DNA of 64,000 bases from Macrostomum lignano (Eukaryota): assembly GCA_002269645.1 (NCBI GenBank), contig NIVC01000364.1, forward strand, positions 62,001-126,000, in the 5' to 3' direction. The notes under the pieces were generated by a model, which was not told where the DNA came from, did not search any database, and saw nothing but the letters and a program-made list of their open reading frames with translations. A program made the position numbers and the translations under genes. Positions 59,705-64,000 of this stretch are shown piece after piece. The stretch's first letter is position 1, and every line of letters begins with the position of its first letter.

Positions 59705-60495
59705 CAACCCACCCTACTATCATCCCCGACCCACACCCCACTATCTTACCAAACCCACACCCCACTACCATCCACAACCCACACTCCAACTACCATCCAC
59801 AACCCACACTCAAACTACCATCCACAACCCACACCCAACTGCCATCCACAACCCACACTCCAACTACCATCCACAACCCACACTCAAACTACCATCCACA
59901 ACCCACACCCCAACTGCCATCCACAACCCACACTCCAACTACCATCCACAACCCACACCCCAACTGCCATCCACAACCCACACTCCAACTACCATCCACA
60001 ACCCACACCCCACTACCATCCACAACCCACACCCCACTACCATCCACAACCCACACCCCACTATCTTACCAAACCCACACCCCACTACCATCCACAACCC
60101 ACACTCCAACTGCCATCCACAACCCACACTCCAACTGCCATCCACAACCCACACTCCAACTACCATCCACAACCCACACTCAAACTACCATCCACAACCC
60201 ACACTCCAACTACCATCCCCAACCCACACCCCACTACCATCCCCAACCCACACCCCACTACCATCCACAACCCACACCCCACTACCATCCCCATCCCACA
60301 CCCCAACTACCATCCCCAACCCACACCCAACTACTATCCCCAACCCACACTCCAACTACCATCCACAACCCACACCCCAACTGCCATCCACAACCCACAC
60401 TCCAACTACCATCCACAACCCACACTCAAACTACCATCCACAACCCACACCCCAACTGCCATCCCCATTCCCCAACCCACACTCCACTACCACCC
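59705..60495. repeat. C/A-rich minisatellite, ~25-26 bp CCATCCACAACCCACAC(T/C)CCAACTA
   Basis: Directly visible; source of the PTT/HNP-rich ORFs. Confidence 0.92.
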
Positions 60496-61254
60496 GAGGC
60501 CTGAGCTGTGCATATATTTGGTTAGACTTGTTTGCTCACCTAATTATGTTGGCGAGGTGAGGCGCTATTGTTTTGTACAAATATTGAAATAATGCTCTTT
60601 GATTGCTTGCAAAGACAGCGTTGCTTTTTCTTTGCTCTCGTTTTTCTGAACTAAATTAAAAAATCCATATTTCGACTATAGGCAAAGGCATGTTTCACGG
60701 CGGATTAAGCATGTACCATCATATATTACTGTGCGTCTCTATTTAAAAATGCTGCGCGTATTATAAGAAAATTAATGTACTTTTCTTGCTTACCAGGAGT
60801 ATTTGATGTCGAACGCCAGTCTAGAAACTGTCAGCAGCCTATACAGTTTAAATTAGACTAGAAAAAATAATTCAATGCGCTCATCAGTCTGTCACAAATA
60901 GTTGTATTCTTAACCAATGCTGCTTGGTGTAATATTATACACAATCTTGTTGACCCCTTATTAGCTCGTACAAATATATGCTACTGCTACTACAATGTTT
61001 TTTATTTATTACCTTATCAATTATGTTATTAGTAGCTGTATACTGTCTTTGAACTGGCCTTCATTTATTTGATGGTTCCTGATTTATATACATCTAGTAT
61101 AATAATATTCTAAAGACCCTTCAAGCTTTCAAGCATTCATAGAAGCTCAGAGTGTAGCTGTAACGCTAATATTATATAGCCTAATTATCAGTATTAGCAG
61201 TTAGGCTGCATTGTCACTGCACCAGTAAGCTGAGCCGGTCTTGATTGTCACTGT

Positions 61255-62422
61255 GTCACCAATAAGCCAGTCTTGATTGTCACCAATAAGCCAGCATTGA
61301 CCGTCACCAATAAGCCAGTCTTGATTGCCACCAATAAGCCTGCTTTGATTGCCACCAATAAGCCAGTCTTGATTGTCACCAATAAGCCTGCTTTGATTGC
61401 CACCAATAAGCCAGTCTTGATTGTCACCAATAAGCCTGCTTTGATTACCACCAATAAGCCAGCATTGACCGTCACCAATAAGCCAGTCTTGATTGCCACC
61501 AATAAGCCTGCTTTGATTGCCACCAATAAGCCAGTCCTGATTGTCACCAATAAGCCAGTCTTGATTGCCACCAATAAGCCTGCTTTGATTGCCACCAATA
61601 AGCCAGTCTTGATTGTCACCAATAAGCCAGCCTTGATTGTCACCAATAAGCTGTCTTGATTGTCACCAATAAGCCAGCCTTGATTGTCACCAATAAGCTG
61701 TCTTGATTGCCACCAATAAGCCAGCATTGACCGTCACCAATAAGCCAGTCTTGATTGTCACCAATAAGCCAGTCTTGATTGTCACCAATAAGCCAGCCTT
61801 GATTGTCACCAATAAGCCACCAGCCTTGATTGTCACCAATAAGCCAGTCTTGATTGTCACCAATAAGCCAGCCTTGGTTGTCACCAATAAGCCAGTCTTT
61901 ATTGTCACCAATAAGCCAGTCTTGATTGTCACCAATAAGCCAGTCTTGATTGTCACCAATAAGCCAGCCTTGATTGTCACCAATAAACCAGTCTTGATTG
62001 TCACCAATAAGCCAGTCTTGATTGTCACCAATAAGCCAGTCCTGATTGTCACCAATAAGCCAGTCCTGATTGTCACCAATAAGCCAGTCTTGATTGTCAC
62101 CAATAAGCCAGTCTTGATTGTCACCAATAAGCCAGTCTTGATTGTCACCAATAAGCCAGTCTTGATTGTCACCAATAAGCCAGTCTTGATTGTCACCAAT
62201 AAGCCAGTCTTGATTGTCACCAATAAGCCAGTCCTGATTGTCACCAATAAGCCAGTCTTGATTGTCACCAATAAGCCAGCCTTGATTGTCACCAATAAGC
62301 CACCAGCCTTGATTGCCACCAATAAGCCAGCCTTGATTGCCACCAATAAGCCAGCCTTGATTGCCACCAATAAGCCAGCCTTGATTGCCACCAATAAGCC
62401 AGCCTTGATTGCCACCAATAAG
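61255..62422. repeat. Minisatellite, 24 bp GTCTTGATTGTCACCAATAAGCCA, ~48 copies
   Basis: Directly visible; each unit carries CCAAT. Confidence 0.96.
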
Positions 62423-63439
62423 CTACAAGTGTTGTAAATCTATTGGCGTTGATAAAAATCTACACCGAGAGAAATCATAATCTTTGAAAAGCATGCCCGT
62501 ACAAGTCACGGGTTATTCGTACAGGGGTGTGTTAAAGTGCTGGTAAAACTTCATTTGGGGTGCGGCTTTAGTACGTCGCTCGTATGCACGCAAAGCATAC
62601 TCTAGCAACGTCTTAACTACATGTGGATTTTTACCTGAGGCACTGTGCAATCAGCCTGTTTTAGTGTATTGAGATTCCGATCAAAGCACTCTGCGTTACA
62701 GAATGTTGCCAATTTCTTATTAAATTGCTCGTACACAAACAAGTACGAGTACTGTGCATGAACCGGGACTTGTACATTTTATGTTGACTGCATGTGTAGC
62801 GCGTTTGCGCTGACTTTTTGGCTGTCCAGGCCGCAGTTCGCCGCCACTATACAATCGGAAATGGGCCGGATTTCTCTCTCTCTCTGTTTTTCAAGCTTTT
62901 AACGCCTGCCAACTGACTTGTTATACATGGTAGATATTCTCCTCTCTCTCTTATCTTTTCTCTCCGCACCCCTCTGCTGAGTGAAGCAGTTCGCACGCAG
63001 CCGTCACCGCGCCCGTCTTCAGGCTGCACAGCAATAGACCAGTTATTGCTAAACAGATTGGAATTGATTGCAGGACCGCACCAAGCAGAGGCGTGCGCGC
63101 GCGCCCCGCCCCCCTTATTTTCTCTCTGTGTCCCCCACCTCCCCGTCCCATGCAATTTTGTTTTGTTATCTAACAAACGGTTTTAACTGCTAAAAGACGC
63201 GGCGTTTATTTCAGATTAAAAACTCTGCCGCCTACAGCTAACGTGGTTGCTTGCGTCTCGCGGAGTTCTTATAGCTTAGCTTTTTAACTTTACTAAGCCC
63301 GCAACAGTTGGACTTGGTACTCTCCTCTCCTCTCTGTATAGCAGCAGTCCTGCCAGCGCGAGCCGAGCCCCTGCACCACGCTTTAATAATAACGATTCCG
63401 CATTTTGACCGTTGGATTTTGATCCACAAGCAGACCCTG

Positions 63440-64000
63440 ATGGACACGTTTCAGTATGATACGGTTCACAGGCCGCCAGCAGGTAAGCGCGCATTTCTCT
63501 CCTCCTCCTCCGCCTCCTCCCCTTTTTATTGCGAAGCATAAATATCGGTCTCGAAGCCTTGAAAGAAATGCTGTCTTAGGCTAGCTATGGACGGAGACAA
63601 TAAACTCTTTGTTGGCTTACCACTGATTCAATTGCAGTGTCATTCGCTGCTTCTGGCATCGGGGTGCAGCAGCAGCAGCAGCAGCAGCTTCATGCTAACA
63701 GCTACACAACAATCGGAATGCCGCCAGTTCCCATGGATCAACAGCAGCAGCAGCAGCAGCAGCAGATGGACACCCAGATGTCGGACAGTCAGCAGCAGCT
63801 CTGCGGCATCTGCAGCGACCGCGCCACCGGCAAGCATTACGGCGCCTACTCTTGCGACGGCTGCAAGGGCTTCTTCCGCCGGTCGGTTAGGAAAAGCCAT
63901 CAGTACATCTGCCGGTTCAATAGGAACTGCACGGTTGACAGGGACAAGCGGAACCAGTGCCGCTACTGCAGGCTGGACAAGTGCTTCAGGGCCGGCATGA
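63440..64000 (+). CDS. HNF4: Nuclear receptor HNF4 (NR2A), 5' part; join(63440..63482,63638..>64000)
   Basis: Frame missed by the ORF track: [67 protein letters not shown]. The [15 protein letters not shown]-box and [11 protein letters not shown] are diagnostic of HNF4. A short first exon [15 protein letters not shown]|gtaagc joins tgcag|TG in phase 1. Confidence 0.94.

Noticed and set aside
10365-62422. Regularly spaced short repeats resembling CRISPR arrays
   Set aside because: Units are directly adjacent with no unique spacers, there are no cas genes, and the context is eukaryotic introns.
59629-62437. Mucin-like PTT/HNP ORFs and LIVTNKP ORFs (128-304 aa)
   Set aside because: Two or more frames are open simply because the monomers lack stops. 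There are no splice-compatible unique flanks or signal peptide.
63587-64000. 137-aa ORF MDGDNKL... from the track
   Set aside because: Wrong frame; the HNF4 DNA-binding domain is in a different + frame entered by splicing at 63638.

Overview
Eukaryotic (animal) genomic DNA, not prokaryotic. The GC-rich poly-Q/poly-A exons, minisatellite-filled introns and TTAGGG-type repeats most resemble a macrostomid flatworm such as Macrostomum; that is an inference from style only. Seven spliced genes can be built by hand with consistent splice phases: CWF19L2 (+, with a GC-AG intron), MICU1 (-), an uncharacterised acidic-repeat RRM protein (-), ELL (-), an orphan 244-aa gene (+), a Plexus/GSE1-like protein (+) and the 5' end of HNF4 (+, runs off the window). 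Nine of the eleven introns carry a minisatellite array. The 26-50 kb intergenic block holds several non-autonomous Helitron-like families, including a head-to-tail series with CTAG|TC junctions that carries telomere-type repeats and expanding satellites. It also holds a fold-back rearrangement, two MITE types and a young tRNA-derived SINE with a 13-bp target-site duplication. The most unusual signal is sharply bounded domains almost free of CpG and rich in TpA. Aligned repeat copies there show CG->TA and TG->TA changes, reminiscent of fungal RIP, apparently extending into the first exons of two neighbouring genes. Most long ORFs in the supplied track are artefacts of tandem repeats. All counts are by hand and approximate.
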